Positions 17,933-27,382 are shown, counted from the first letter of the stretch. The stretch is DNA of 64,000 nucleotides from Alphaproteobacteria bacterium (GCA_045577985.1 JAZNJJ010000023.1:1986-65985), one strand, 5' to 3'. The notes: a model not told the origin generated them from the letters alone. Program-made: numbers and translations.

Positions 17933-18655
17933 ATGAAAAATTTTTCAATAATTCTTTCTACTGTTGCTGTTATTTTGGCTGCAACAGCTATGGTTAAAGT
18001 ATCAAAAATATCTACAACAGAAGTTCCAACTGAAGCGGTTGCAAACGCTTTGTTAGAGAATCCAAAAATGGTTGTAGAGGCTTTACAAGCTCATCAACAA
18101 CAACAAGTTGCTGAACAAGAAAAAGCTGCAAAAGAAGCTTTGGCTAAATATGCTGATGAAATTAATAGCTCTGCAAATGCTCCTTTCGTTGGACCTGAAG
18201 ATGCTAAAGTTACTGTTGTAGAGTTCTTTGACTTTTCTTGCGGATACTGCAAAAGATTAGCCCCTGCTATGGAAAAAGTTATGGCTGACAACAAAGATGT
18301 TAAATTTGTATTTAAGCCATTATCTTTTGTTGCTGCTGTTTCAAACTATCAAGCAAAAGGTGCTTTGGCTGCTTATAAACAAGGTAAATTTATTGAATTT
18401 TATAAAGCAGTATTAGAATACAAAGATAGAATGACAGAAACTGCTGTTGATGAAATCGCTAAAAAACTTGGATTAGATATGGAAAAATTCAAGACAGATT
18501 TAGTATCTGAAGAAGTAAATAAAAACTTAGAAGATTTAAGTAGTTTAGCTCAAAAAGTTAGAATCAATGGTGTGCCTGCTGTTTTAATTAATGGCGAACA
18601 CATTCAAACTTTGAGTTCTGATGATTTGCAAGAAGCAATCAACAACGCTAAATAG
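17933..18655 (+). CDS. DsbA-family thiol:disulfide oxidoreductase, exported
   Basis: Signal or anchor peptide, VVEFFDFSCGYCKRLAP (CxxC), and C-terminal INGVPAVLING typical of the DsbA/Com1-like fold. Confidence 0.8.
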   Translation: MKNFSIILSTVAVILAATAMVKVSKISTTEVPTEAVANALLENPKMVVEALQAHQQQQVAEQEKAAKEALAKYADEINSSANAPFVGPEDAKVTVVEFFDFSCGYCKRLAPAMEKVMADNKDVKFVFKPLSFVAAVSNYQAKGALAAYKQGKFIEFYKAVLEYKDRMTETAVDEIAKKLGLDMEKFKTDLVSEEVNKNLEDLSSLAQKVRINGVPAVLINGEHIQTLSSDDLQEAINNAK

Positions 18656-18672
18656 TTAAAGTTTTTTGTTTT

Positions 18673-18706
18673 AAGCCACTTTCACCTTGAAGGTGGCTTT
18701 TTTTTA
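18673..18706 (+). terminator. Rho-independent terminator after the DsbA-like gene
   Basis: aagccac..gtggctt stem followed by T8. Confidence 0.6.
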
Positions 18707-18783
18707 TAAAAATATTTTTATGTTTCATATATACTAATTGTATTTGACAATAATTCATTATTATAATAACTGTAAAATAAATT

Positions 18784-19764
18784 ATGCATTTTAGGAAAAA
18801 AATGATGCTCGACAATAATTGTGCAATTTCAGTAATTATACCTATTTACAACGTAGAAAAATATTTATTACGTTGTTTGAGTAGCGTGTCTGAGCAAAGT
18901 TTGAAAAATATTGAAATTATTTGCATTAATGACGGTTCTAAAGATAATAGCCAAGACATTATACAGCAAATGGCAGACAAAGACCCTCGCTTTAAGATTA
19001 TAACTCAAAAGAATCGGGGATTATCTGCAACAAGAAATAAAGGTATGGATATTGCCAAAGGAGAGTATATTTTCTTTTTAGATGCAGATGATTATTTACA
19101 TAAACAAGCACTTGAGATATTTTATAATACTGCAAAAAAAGCAAATACAGATATTGTCATCGCAAAAAGTTTTTGTCGACTAGGTAAGGAAAAAGAAAAT
19201 AAAGTATCTTATGATACAAATAAAATTAATTACACTATATGCAAAAATCCATTAAATGATTTATATAAACATCGTTTTGTTTCCGCTGTCGCATGGAATA
19301 AATTATTTAAACGAGATACTCTTAAAGATTTTCGTTTTATTGAAGGAATATATTTTGAAGATTGGCCTTTTACATCTTGTGTATTTTCGAATATTGATAA
19401 GTTTGCGTTAATTCATGAAAAATTGTATATGTACAATACGTCTTCTCCTTCTATAGTCAGAAGTTCTTTTTCAATAAAAAAAATACATGATTATATTTTT
19501 GGTATTCGTTTTGTATATAATTATTTCATGCAACAAAATAAATTTGCTCAGTGGGAAATTGTTAGAAAAAAAAGAATTACTTCGTCATTGAAAATGATAC
19601 TTTCAAAAATAAGTAAAAGTAAAGAAAATAAACCTGAATTGGAACAATATTTCAAACGTGAATACATAAATTTACGTAATGAAAAAATTGTCTTTTTCAA
19701 AGATTTATCAATTAAAAGTAAAATTAGATTAATTTATTTATTATGGAAACAAAGACACAAATAA
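18784..19764 (+). CDS. Family 2 glycosyltransferase
   Basis: ISVIIPIYNVEKYLLRCLSSVSEQSLKNIEIICINDGSKDNS and FLDADD (DxD). The true start may be one of the ATGs 18-21 nt downstream. Confidence 0.85.
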   Translation: MHFRKKMMLDNNCAISVIIPIYNVEKYLLRCLSSVSEQSLKNIEIICINDGSKDNSQDIIQQMADKDPRFKIITQKNRGLSATRNKGMDIAKGEYIFFLDADDYLHKQALEIFYNTAKKANTDIVIAKSFCRLGKEKENKVSYDTNKINYTICKNPLNDLYKHRFVSAVAWNKLFKRDTLKDFRFIEGIYFEDWPFTSCVFSNIDKFALIHEKLYMYNTSSPSIVRSSFSIKKIHDYIFGIRFVYNYFMQQNKFAQWEIVRKKRITSSLKMILSKISKSKENKPELEQYFKREYINLRNEKIVFFKDLSIKSKIRLIYLLWKQRHK

Positions 19765-19765
19765 T

Positions 19766-20533
19766 CTAGTGTTTCAGATAAAATAAATTATACATCTTAG
19801 CAAAAACTATATTAGTATACACGAATATAATTGTGCTTGCAGTATAACTTAACCAATCATCTAAACCGAATATTTTATCTAATTTTGTAGCTACCGCTTC
19901 CGGATACAGCAGTAGCGCTGAAATTATTACGAAACCAAAATAATTCCCCTTTGTTTTGTTTCCAGCTTTTCGAAAAGAGGCGTTTTGGCCTCGTAAAGAT
20001 GAAATCCATGCCAAATAAGGCTTACAAATTAAATTAGGTGCCAATAATGCTAAAACACTGTAAACGATGAAAATATCTAAAAATGAAGCTCCAACTTCTC
20101 CGGCATCTGACATCTTTTCAACTGATTGCATATAACGTTCATAGAAATTGAGATAGATATCATTAAAACCTAAAAACAACGGTATCATAGGCAATAAAAC
20201 TATAGACATACTAACAATAAATAACAAAACCAATGCTTTTGTAGAGGGGGTTAAACTCCCAAAAATTGCTTTAGAAAAGATATATGGTTTTAAATGATAA
20301 TAATAACGATAAAATGAACACCAAAACATATAATATGTTATTATCCATAAAATACTGTATGGATTAGAAATTCCACCAGGCATAGCTTTAAATAATAACA
20401 TATAAACTAAATTTACAATAAATATACACATTGAAAAAAGAGGATTTTCATAAATATATCTATTGGCTTGTCGAAATATATTTCGTACTCGCATATGAAT
20501 TATTGGATTTTTCTTTTTAGATAACTTAGGCAT
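19766..20533 (-). CDS. Hypothetical polytopic membrane protein
   Basis: Several hydrophobic segments. It lies 2 nt downstream of the OmpR-like gene, in the same operon. Confidence 0.55.
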   Translation of the reverse strand: MPKLSKKKNPIIHMRVRNIFRQANRYIYENPLFSMCIFIVNLVYMLLFKAMPGGISNPYSILWIITYYMFWCSFYRYYYHLKPYIFSKAIFGSLTPSTKALVLLFIVSMSIVLLPMIPLFLGFNDIYLNFYERYMQSVEKMSDAGEVGASFLDIFIVYSVLALLAPNLICKPYLAWISSLRGQNASFRKAGNKTKGNYFGFVIISALLLYPEAVATKLDKIFGLDDWLSYTASTIIFVYTNIVFAKMYNLFYLKH

Positions 20534-20535
20534 AA

Positions 20536-21144
20536 TCAGTCCACATTTAATTTATATCCGCCGTTATCTGTAATTATTAAACGACGACCATTATCTTTTT
20601 CAACTTTTTGACGTAAACGATAAATATGAGTTTCTATGGTGTGCGTAGTTACATCTTCGTTATATTTCCAGACATCTTTTTGAAGATCATTTTTCACAAC
20701 ATATCTATCTGATGACTTATATAAATATTTAAGGATATAAACTTCTTTTTCCGTAAGTTTTGTAACTTCACCAGTAAGTAAATCTTTTATCTCTCTGGCA
20801 TTAGGTCGCAATTCATAATTGTTAAAAACTAAAAAACCTTCTTTAGAATTATCCAGTTTATTATTCGCAGCACGAATTGTATCTAATAACAACATTAAAG
20901 AAAAAGGCTTTTTGATTAATATGTTTAATTTGTCTCCCATAATATCTGAAATTTGGGAAAGAAAAATCATAGGTACAGTCGGATATTCATGACGTTTTTG
21001 TTTAAAAACATTTACATCTTCATCAATGATTATAATATCCGGAGACTTTTCAACAAATTTACTCTCAGAAATAAATCGAGATATTTGTCGTTCTAAATCT
21101 TCTTTAAAATCAGCGTTTGCAGAAAACACTAAAATATTACTCAT
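20536..21144 (-). CDS. OmpR/PhoB-type winged-helix DNA-binding protein with a short, atypical receiver-like N-domain
   Basis: The C-terminus (YELRPNAREI..LTEKEVYILKYL..THTIETHIYRLRQKV..GGYKL) matches Trans_reg_C. The N-domain keeps a candidate Asp (IIIDED), Ser (FLSQ) and Lys (KKPF), but lacks the N-terminal acidic pair (LVFSANAD). Confidence 0.7.
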   Translation of the reverse strand: MSNILVFSANADFKEDLERQISRFISESKFVEKSPDIIIIDEDVNVFKQKRHEYPTVPMIFLSQISDIMGDKLNILIKKPFSLMLLLDTIRAANNKLDNSKEGFLVFNNYELRPNAREIKDLLTGEVTKLTEKEVYILKYLYKSSDRYVVKNDLQKDVWKYNEDVTTHTIETHIYRLRQKVEKDNGRRLIITDNGGYKLNVD

Positions 21145-21152
21145 ACCTACTC

Positions 21153-22277
21153 CTAAAAACTCAACTCCAATCCAGTAATAAAAGCAACACCTTTATTATT
21201 GTCCGAATACTCATCGCTTCCCTCATATCGGGCATATGCTGCGGTTAAATATACAGCAATATTTTTATGAAAAGCAAGTCTATTTGCTAAACTTATTATT
21301 TCATCCTTATTATCTGCTCCATCGGCATAAGATGCAAAATAGGAAATTCCTGTTGTAAGAGGCCCAAATTCATAACTCAAACCAACGTTAAAAGCCTGAC
21401 TTTTACGGTATCCGTCAAAGTAATATGGTAGATTATTTTCTCTAATATTTAAATCATAATCATTTGAGGTTGTAAAATTTTTTCGATAAGATCCGCCCAA
21501 AGTCCATCCTTTGTAATAAATACTTAAACCTGCGGATATTTCCTGATTATTTTTGTGATTATATGCATAACCTAATGAACTTTCAAACTCCACATTTTTA
21601 AATTGTGTGTAATTATATAACCCCATGGCTAATGAATATTTATTATTATATCTACTTTCTTTATTTATTAAGCCTGCTTGAGAATAACTATCCGGAGCGA
21701 ATGATATTGCAAATTTTGAATTATAAAAATCTGGTGTAGTATAACTAAATTTAAACGAATCTGCATCGGTATTTAAATACGTAGAATTAGCTGTTCGAAA
21801 AGAAGAAAAGCGATTATTTCTTTGCCAGTTGGGGTTGGCGATAAAATCTGTTATAAGAGAGTTATTTACTCGAAATATTCCAACAGACGGAGCTCCTACT
21901 GCAAGCTGATAAGCCGCATTATATATTTGCCCCACACTCAATTCACCTAAAAAAGAATTATAGCTAATATAAATATTTTCACCCCATTTTCCCTGATTAT
22001 AATCTTCAAGTTCTCTTCCTCCTGATATCTGAAAATCTGCTCCCAATCTTATATTACCCTCTCCTATATCATGCGAAATACCGGAACTTATCTCTAAAAC
22101 AGATGGCGTATGATGATGTTTATATTTATGAGATGAATTATCGGAATAATCACTATAACCATAAAGACTATGAGCTAATACCGAAAAGTCGTAATTAAAT
22201 TGTTTTGCATTTGCCGTATAAGGCATAAGAACCGTAAGACATATAAAGAAAAATTTTCTCATTTCCATTCCTAACAT
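21153..22277 (-). CDS. Outer-membrane beta-barrel porin-like protein
   Basis: Signal peptide ..LMPYTANA|KQ, alternating aromatic/Gly-rich beta-strand pattern, and C-terminal ..GLELSF. The likely start is the internal ATG at 22262 (MRKFFF..). Confidence 0.6.
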   Translation of the reverse strand: MLGMEMRKFFFICLTVLMPYTANAKQFNYDFSVLAHSLYGYSDYSDNSSHKYKHHHTPSVLEISSGISHDIGEGNIRLGADFQISGGRELEDYNQGKWGENIYISYNSFLGELSVGQIYNAAYQLAVGAPSVGIFRVNNSLITDFIANPNWQRNNRFSSFRTANSTYLNTDADSFKFSYTTPDFYNSKFAISFAPDSYSQAGLINKESRYNNKYSLAMGLYNYTQFKNVEFESSLGYAYNHKNNQEISAGLSIYYKGWTLGGSYRKNFTTSNDYDLNIRENNLPYYFDGYRKSQAFNVGLSYEFGPLTTGISYFASYADGADNKDEIISLANRLAFHKNIAVYLTAAYARYEGSDEYSDNNKGVAFITGLELSF

Positions 22278-22450
22278 TTTGATTTAATTTATGAATATAG
22301 ATGCTTTATGTCAATAAAAATTGCATTTTTTTACTTTTTTATAAAAAAATAAGCCTGTTTATAAAAATATAAATAGTGCTTTTAAAATTTGTTTTATTAT
22401 ATATAATAATGTCAGTTTAAAATGTTTATTTAAGATAGAAAGGAAAAATC

Positions 22451-23980
22451 ATGCAAAAACCGGTGATGTTACTTATTTTGGACGGCTGGGGATATAGAAA
22501 AGATAAAACTAATGATAATGCTATTGAAATGGGAAATACTCCTAATTGGCATCATCTTTTAGAAACTTGTCCACATTCTTTAATAGAAACATCCGGTCTT
22601 GATGTTGGTTTACCTAATGGTCAAATGGGTAACTCTGAAGTAGGACACATGAATCTTGGTGCCGGAAGAGTTGTTATGCAAGATTTACCTAAAATTGATT
22701 TGGCTATTAAAGAACATACTTTAGAAAAAAATCCTGTTGTGATTGATTTAATAAACACATTAAAAGAAAATGGCAAAACTTGTCATTTAATGGGGTTAAT
22801 GTCTCCTGGTGGAGTACATTCTCATCAAGATCACATTATCGCTTTGTGTGATATATTAAATAAAAACGATGTAGATGTTTGTGTTCATGCATTTTTAGAT
22901 GGACGTGATACTCCTCCAACATCTGCTAAGGACTTTTTGGCTTCTTTTTGCGATGCGACAAAAGATATGAAAAATGTTAAGTTAGCTACAATTTCTGGTC
23001 GTTTCTATGCAATGGATAGAGATAAACGTTGGGATAGAATTGAGTTAGCATATAACAATATTATACTCGCTGAAGGTAAACGTTATACATCTGCAAGTGA
23101 GGCTATTGAAACATCTTATAAAGCAAATGTTAATGATGAGTTTGTGGTACCTTGCGTTATTGGAGATTATCAAGGTGCTAAAGATGGTGATGCTGTTTTA
23201 ATGGCTAATTTTAGAGCTGATAGAGCAAGAGAAATTTTGTATGCATTATCTGATGAAACTTTTAATGGTTTCGTTCGCAAAAAGACTATAAAATTCTCAA
23301 TCTCAGTCGGCATGGCAGAATATTCTGTTGATCATAATAGATTTATGAAAACTATTTTTGCTCCTGAGGCATTGCATAATATTTATGGTGAAATTGTTTC
23401 AAAACATGGCTTATCTCAACTTCGTATTGCAGAAACCGAAAAATATGCCCATGTAACATTTTTCTTCAACGGAGGGGAAGAAAGATTATTTGATAAAGAA
23501 GAACGAATATTAATAAATAGCCCTAAGGTTGCTACATATGATTTGAAACCTGAAATGAGTGTTTATGAAGTTACAGATGCTTTGGTGGAGGCAATTGAGT
23601 CTAAAAAATTTGATACAATAATCTGTAATTTTGCTAATGGGGATATGGTTGGTCATACGGGAATTATGGAGGCTGCATTAAAAGCAGTTGAAGCTGTTGA
23701 TACATCTTTGGGACGTGTGATGAAAGCCATAAAAGATGTTGATGGTATATTATTGGTTACAGCTGACCATGGTAATGTTGAAAAAATGGTGGATGAAACT
23801 ACAGGGCAACCATATACTGCTCACACAGTAGGAAAAGTTCCGGCAGTTTTATTTAATGCTCCGGCTTCTATTAAGGGGCTTAAAGATGGAAAATTGGCAG
23901 ATATTTCTCCAACTTTGTTAGAATTATTAAATATTGAAAAACCTGCTGATATGACAGGCGAATCTTTATTGAAAAAATAA
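22451..23980 (+). CDS. gpmI: 2,3-bisphosphoglycerate-independent phosphoglycerate mutase
   Basis: LLILDGWG, GQMGNSEVGHMNLGAGR and ADHGN motifs, with full-length similarity. Confidence 0.96.
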   Translation: MQKPVMLLILDGWGYRKDKTNDNAIEMGNTPNWHHLLETCPHSLIETSGLDVGLPNGQMGNSEVGHMNLGAGRVVMQDLPKIDLAIKEHTLEKNPVVIDLINTLKENGKTCHLMGLMSPGGVHSHQDHIIALCDILNKNDVDVCVHAFLDGRDTPPTSAKDFLASFCDATKDMKNVKLATISGRFYAMDRDKRWDRIELAYNNIILAEGKRYTSASEAIETSYKANVNDEFVVPCVIGDYQGAKDGDAVLMANFRADRAREILYALSDETFNGFVRKKTIKFSISVGMAEYSVDHNRFMKTIFAPEALHNIYGEIVSKHGLSQLRIAETEKYAHVTFFFNGGEERLFDKEERILINSPKVATYDLKPEMSVYEVTDALVEAIESKKFDTIICNFANGDMVGHTGIMEAALKAVEAVDTSLGRVMKAIKDVDGILLVTADHGNVEKMVDETTGQPYTAHTVGKVPAVLFNAPASIKGLKDGKLADISPTLLELLNIEKPADMTGESLLKK

Positions 23981-23989
23981 ATAAGGATA

Positions 23990-25243
23990 TTGAAAGTGAA
24001 TAAAACCGGCTTATTGTTTTACATTTTATTGATGATATTTACGACTTTTGAAGTAAATGCAGCTTCGGCGAACAAAAATGTTTCTGCGTCGCAATTGGCT
24101 AAAGTAGAGGCAGAAGCAAAAAAACTTTCTCAAGAACATAAAAAAATTGAGAAAGAAGCAAATAAAATTAAAAGCGAGCTGAATATCGTTAATAAAAAAA
24201 TGATTGATGCGGCAAAAAAAATCCAAAACGGAGAAGATGAACTTAGAAAAAAACAAGATGAATTAGATTTATTACAAAAAAATCTCACAGCTTCTGTAGA
24301 AAAATTTAATTCTGAAAATGATATGCTGATTGAAACTTTAGCTGCCTTGCAGAATTTAGCCTTAAGACCATCTGAAGCCGTTTTGGTTCAACCTCTTTCT
24401 CCTGTTGAAGTTATGCGAAGCAGTATCTTGTTAAGAGGTAGTGCTCATGCATTAGAACGAAGAGCCAGTTTTATTAGAAAAAGCATTGAAGATATCAGCA
24501 ACCAAAAATCTGTTATCGCATTGAGATTGAAGGATTTGGAAGTTGAAAACAAACAGCTTGAAAAACAACAAAAAGATATGAAAGAATTATCTAAACAGAA
24601 AAGTGCTATGTATAGCAAACTCTCTAATAAAAGCATGGAGGCTAAAAAGCGTGCCGAAAATTTAGCTAGTCAAGCTCATAATATTAGAGATCTGTTAGAA
24701 AAACTTGAAAAACAAAAAGAAATTCAACGTCGGAAATTAGCTGAAAAAGAACGTTTAGCAAAAGAACAAGCTTTGGCTAAACTTCGCACCGAAAATCATG
24801 GGTTAATTGAAGAATTTGAAGTAGAAAGTACATCTAAAGCTATTGAAACAGCTGTTACTGGCTTTGGAAAAGCAAAAGGAAAATTATCTCGTCCAGCCAG
24901 AGGACCGATTACGACATATTTTCATGATGAGCTGTCTAAAGGAGTTATATCTAATGGTATTGATATTAAAACTGTTTCAAATGCTCAGGTTATTGCTCCG
25001 TATGATGGAACAGTTATTTTTGCCGGACCATTTAAGAGTTTCGATAATTTGATTATTATTGATCATGGCGAGGGATATACTTCTTTATTAAGCGGACTTG
25101 GAGAAACTTATACAGAAGTGGGGCAAATGTTATTAGCCGGTGAACCTGTCGGAACTATGCCTAATGCAAAAAGTGCAAAATTACACATGGAAATAAGAAA
25201 AAATAATCACCCAATAAATCCTAGTGAATGGATTGTTCAATAA
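23990..25243 (+). CDS. EnvC-like murein hydrolase activator (coiled coil plus degenerate LytM/M23 domain)
   Basis: Signal peptide, long K/E/Q-rich coiled coil, and a C-terminal M23 fold (GIDIK..APYDGTVIFAG..IIIDHGEGYTSLL..LHMEIRKNNHPINP). The first metal-binding His is replaced (SNGIDI) and the YxHL His is missing. The start is TTG at 23990 or GTG at 23996. Confidence 0.8.
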   Translation: MKVNKTGLLFYILLMIFTTFEVNAASANKNVSASQLAKVEAEAKKLSQEHKKIEKEANKIKSELNIVNKKMIDAAKKIQNGEDELRKKQDELDLLQKNLTASVEKFNSENDMLIETLAALQNLALRPSEAVLVQPLSPVEVMRSSILLRGSAHALERRASFIRKSIEDISNQKSVIALRLKDLEVENKQLEKQQKDMKELSKQKSAMYSKLSNKSMEAKKRAENLASQAHNIRDLLEKLEKQKEIQRRKLAEKERLAKEQALAKLRTENHGLIEEFEVESTSKAIETAVTGFGKAKGKLSRPARGPITTYFHDELSKGVISNGIDIKTVSNAQVIAPYDGTVIFAGPFKSFDNLIIIDHGEGYTSLLSGLGETYTEVGQMLLAGEPVGTMPNAKSAKLHMEIRKNNHPINPSEWIVQ

Positions 25244-25259
25244 ATAGAGGAATAAATTT

Positions 25260-26639
25260 ATGTTGAAAAAATCATTAGTTATTTATGCTTTAATATTTAG
25301 TTTGCTTGGTAGCGTTGCTGAGGCAAAGAAAACAACAGAAACTCAAGAAGAACAGATTAATACTTATGAATTATTAAATCTTTTGGGCGAAGTAATGGAA
25401 CGAACAAAGATGTCATATGTTGAAGAATTAACTGATAAAAAATTGATTGAATCAGCTATCAACGGTATGCTTATTTCATTGGATCCTCATTCCAGCTACT
25501 TAAATTCTGATGATTTTAAATATATGAATGAACAAACTAAAGGTAAATTTGGTGGTTTGGGTATTGAAATTACTATGGAGAATGGTGTTGTGAAAATAAT
25601 TTCTCCAATAGATGATACTCCGGCGGCAAAAGCAGGAATAAAAGCCGGTGATTATATTACAGACATTGAAGGCGAAACAGTGATTGGCTTAACATTAAAT
25701 GATGTGGTCAATAAATTACGTGGAAAAATTGGAACAAAAGTAACAATAACTATACGTAGAGCAAATGAAAAGCCTTTTGAAGTTACACTAAAACGTGATG
25801 AAATAAAAATTCAATCGGTTAAAAGCGAATTGAAAAATGAAGATATTTTGTATGTACGAATCTCCTCGTTTAGTGAAGATATTGATGATATAATCGAAAA
25901 AGCAGTAAAAGATGCTCAAAAGAAATTAAAAAATAAATTAGCCGGTTTAGTTATTGACGTAAGAAATAATCCGGGAGGGTTATTAGACCAAGCTGTAGGT
26001 GTTTCTGATTTATTTTTAGAAAAAGGAGAAATTGTTTCTACTCGCTCAAGAAATGAAGAAGATACTGTTAAGTATTCAGCAAATGCTGGTGATATTGCAA
26101 AGGGCTTGCCTATTGTAGTAATGATTAATGAGGGGTCTGCTTCGGCATCTGAAATTTTAGCGGGGGCATTACAAGATCATCATAGAGCGATTATATTAGG
26201 AGAAAAATCTTTTGGTAAAGGATCTGTACAAACAGTCATACCTTTGAGAAATAATGCAGCAATGCGAATCACAACAGCAAGATACTACACTCCATCAGGC
26301 AATTCTATTCAAGCAAAAGGTATTGAGCCTGATGTGGTTGTAAAGCCTGCAAAAATAGAAGAAATTGAATCTTATGGGTTAAATTTAAGTGAAGCAGATT
26401 TGCAAGGTGCGTTAAAAAATGAACAAACCGATAAGGATAAAAAGAAGAATAAGAAGAATAAAAATACAAACAAAAAATCAGATAAAAGTAGTGCTGATGA
26501 TGAATATGATGATAGCAAAGATTATCAGTTAGTTCGAGCATTAGATTTAGTTAAAGCACTATATTTATATGGGCAAAATGATAATGCAGTTGTAAAATCT
26601 GAAGATAAAAAAGAAGAAAAAACAGAGGCAAAAAAATAA
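25260..26639 (+). CDS. ctpA: Carboxy-terminal processing protease (S41) with a Lys-rich C-terminal tail
   Basis: PDZ (GGLGIEI..GVVKIISPIDDTPAAKAGIKAGDYI), DVRNNPGGLL, INEGSASASEI and GEKSFGKGSVQ. Confidence 0.92.
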   Translation: MLKKSLVIYALIFSLLGSVAEAKKTTETQEEQINTYELLNLLGEVMERTKMSYVEELTDKKLIESAINGMLISLDPHSSYLNSDDFKYMNEQTKGKFGGLGIEITMENGVVKIISPIDDTPAAKAGIKAGDYITDIEGETVIGLTLNDVVNKLRGKIGTKVTITIRRANEKPFEVTLKRDEIKIQSVKSELKNEDILYVRISSFSEDIDDIIEKAVKDAQKKLKNKLAGLVIDVRNNPGGLLDQAVGVSDLFLEKGEIVSTRSRNEEDTVKYSANAGDIAKGLPIVVMINEGSASASEILAGALQDHHRAIILGEKSFGKGSVQTVIPLRNNAAMRITTARYYTPSGNSIQAKGIEPDVVVKPAKIEEIESYGLNLSEADLQGALKNEQTDKDKKKNKKNKNTNKKSDKSSADDEYDDSKDYQLVRALDLVKALYLYGQNDNAVVKSEDKKEEKTEAKK

Positions 26640-27118
26640 TGTCTGAATGGTTCAGAAAAAATGCCGGAGTTGTTGTTTTTAATAAGCACAAAAAAGTTTT
26701 ATTGTGCAAACGTGTAGATGTTGCAAATTCATGGCAATTTCCGCAAGGGGGAATTGAAGAAAATGAATCCCCTTCTGAGGCCGGAAAACGTGAGTTATTT
26801 GAAGAAACATCTATAAAAAGTGTTGAACTAATAAAAACTTTAGCAAATCCTGTACGATATTATTTTACACCGGAAATTATAGCTTCGATGAAAAAAAGAG
26901 GATTTACAAATTCAGGACAAGATATTTATTGGTCTTTGTTTTATTTTTATGGAGATGAAACAGAAATTAATTTACAAACTGAACATCCTGAATTTGTAGA
27001 GTTTAAATGGGGTACTTTGGCGGAAGCAGAAAAATTAATTGTTGAGTTTAAAAAACAAGCTTATGTTGTAGCTAAAGAAGAATTTGAAGAAATTATTGCA
27101 AGACATGAAATAAGATGA
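26639..27118 (+). CDS. rppH: RNA pyrophosphohydrolase (Nudix)
   Basis: WQFPQGGIEENESPSEAGKRELFEETSI Nudix box and an RppH-like length. The ATG overlaps the ctpA stop (TAATG). Confidence 0.88.
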   Translation: MSEWFRKNAGVVVFNKHKKVLLCKRVDVANSWQFPQGGIEENESPSEAGKRELFEETSIKSVELIKTLANPVRYYFTPEIIASMKKRGFTNSGQDIYWSLFYFYGDETEINLQTEHPEFVEFKWGTLAEAEKLIVEFKKQAYVVAKEEFEEIIARHEIR

Positions 27119-27137
27119 TTAATTTTATTTATTTAAA

Positions 27138-27171
27138 ATGTCCGAAAAAAGGGTTCCTTTTTTTCGGACAT
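27138..27171. repeat. 34-nt palindrome A1, atgtccgaaaaaagggttcctttttttcggacat, followed by a T run
   Basis: Read directly from the sequence. It can form a hairpin of about 13 bp, and with the trailing T8 it also looks like the rppH terminator. Confidence 0.9.
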
Positions 27172-27242
27172 TTTTTTTATTAAAAATTCTTTCTTTCACA
27201 ACGTAACATCAATAAGTTAAATTTTTCTAAATTTGAAATTTT

Positions 27243-27275
27243 ATGTCCGAAAAAAAGGAACCCTTTTTTCGGACA
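27243..27275. repeat. Palindrome B1, the exact reverse complement of A1 (33 of 34 positions; only the terminal base differs)
   Basis: atgtccgaaaaaaaggaacccttttttcggaca. The asymmetric centre (A7-GGAACCC-T6 versus A6-GGGTTCC-T7) shows it is the inverted copy of A1. Confidence 0.9.
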
Positions 27276-27382
27276 ATCGCTGAGGGATAATATATATTAT
27301 AGTATATATTTTATCATTTTTTTAAGTTTTTACGGTATATTACTACTTATGTAGTGAGAGCCGTTTTGTGTAGAAGGAGATT

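Noticed and set aside
27138-27179. Palindromes A1 and A2 might be nothing more than intrinsic terminators of rppH and chpT.
   Set aside because: This is only partly rejected. They probably can terminate transcription. The explanation does not account for three things:
- The exact inverted partner copies B1 and B2, which lack T runs.
- The separate chpT terminator upstream of A2.
- The near-identity of the palindromes between loci whose coding regions are heavily diverged at synonymous sites.
27172-27242. CtrA-box-like TTAA-N7-TAAA in the spacer upstream of pilin-like gene 1. Caulobacter pilA is CtrA-controlled.
   Set aside because: It is an imperfect half-site, there is no equivalent in the locus 2 spacer, and TTAA-rich strings are expected by chance at this base composition.
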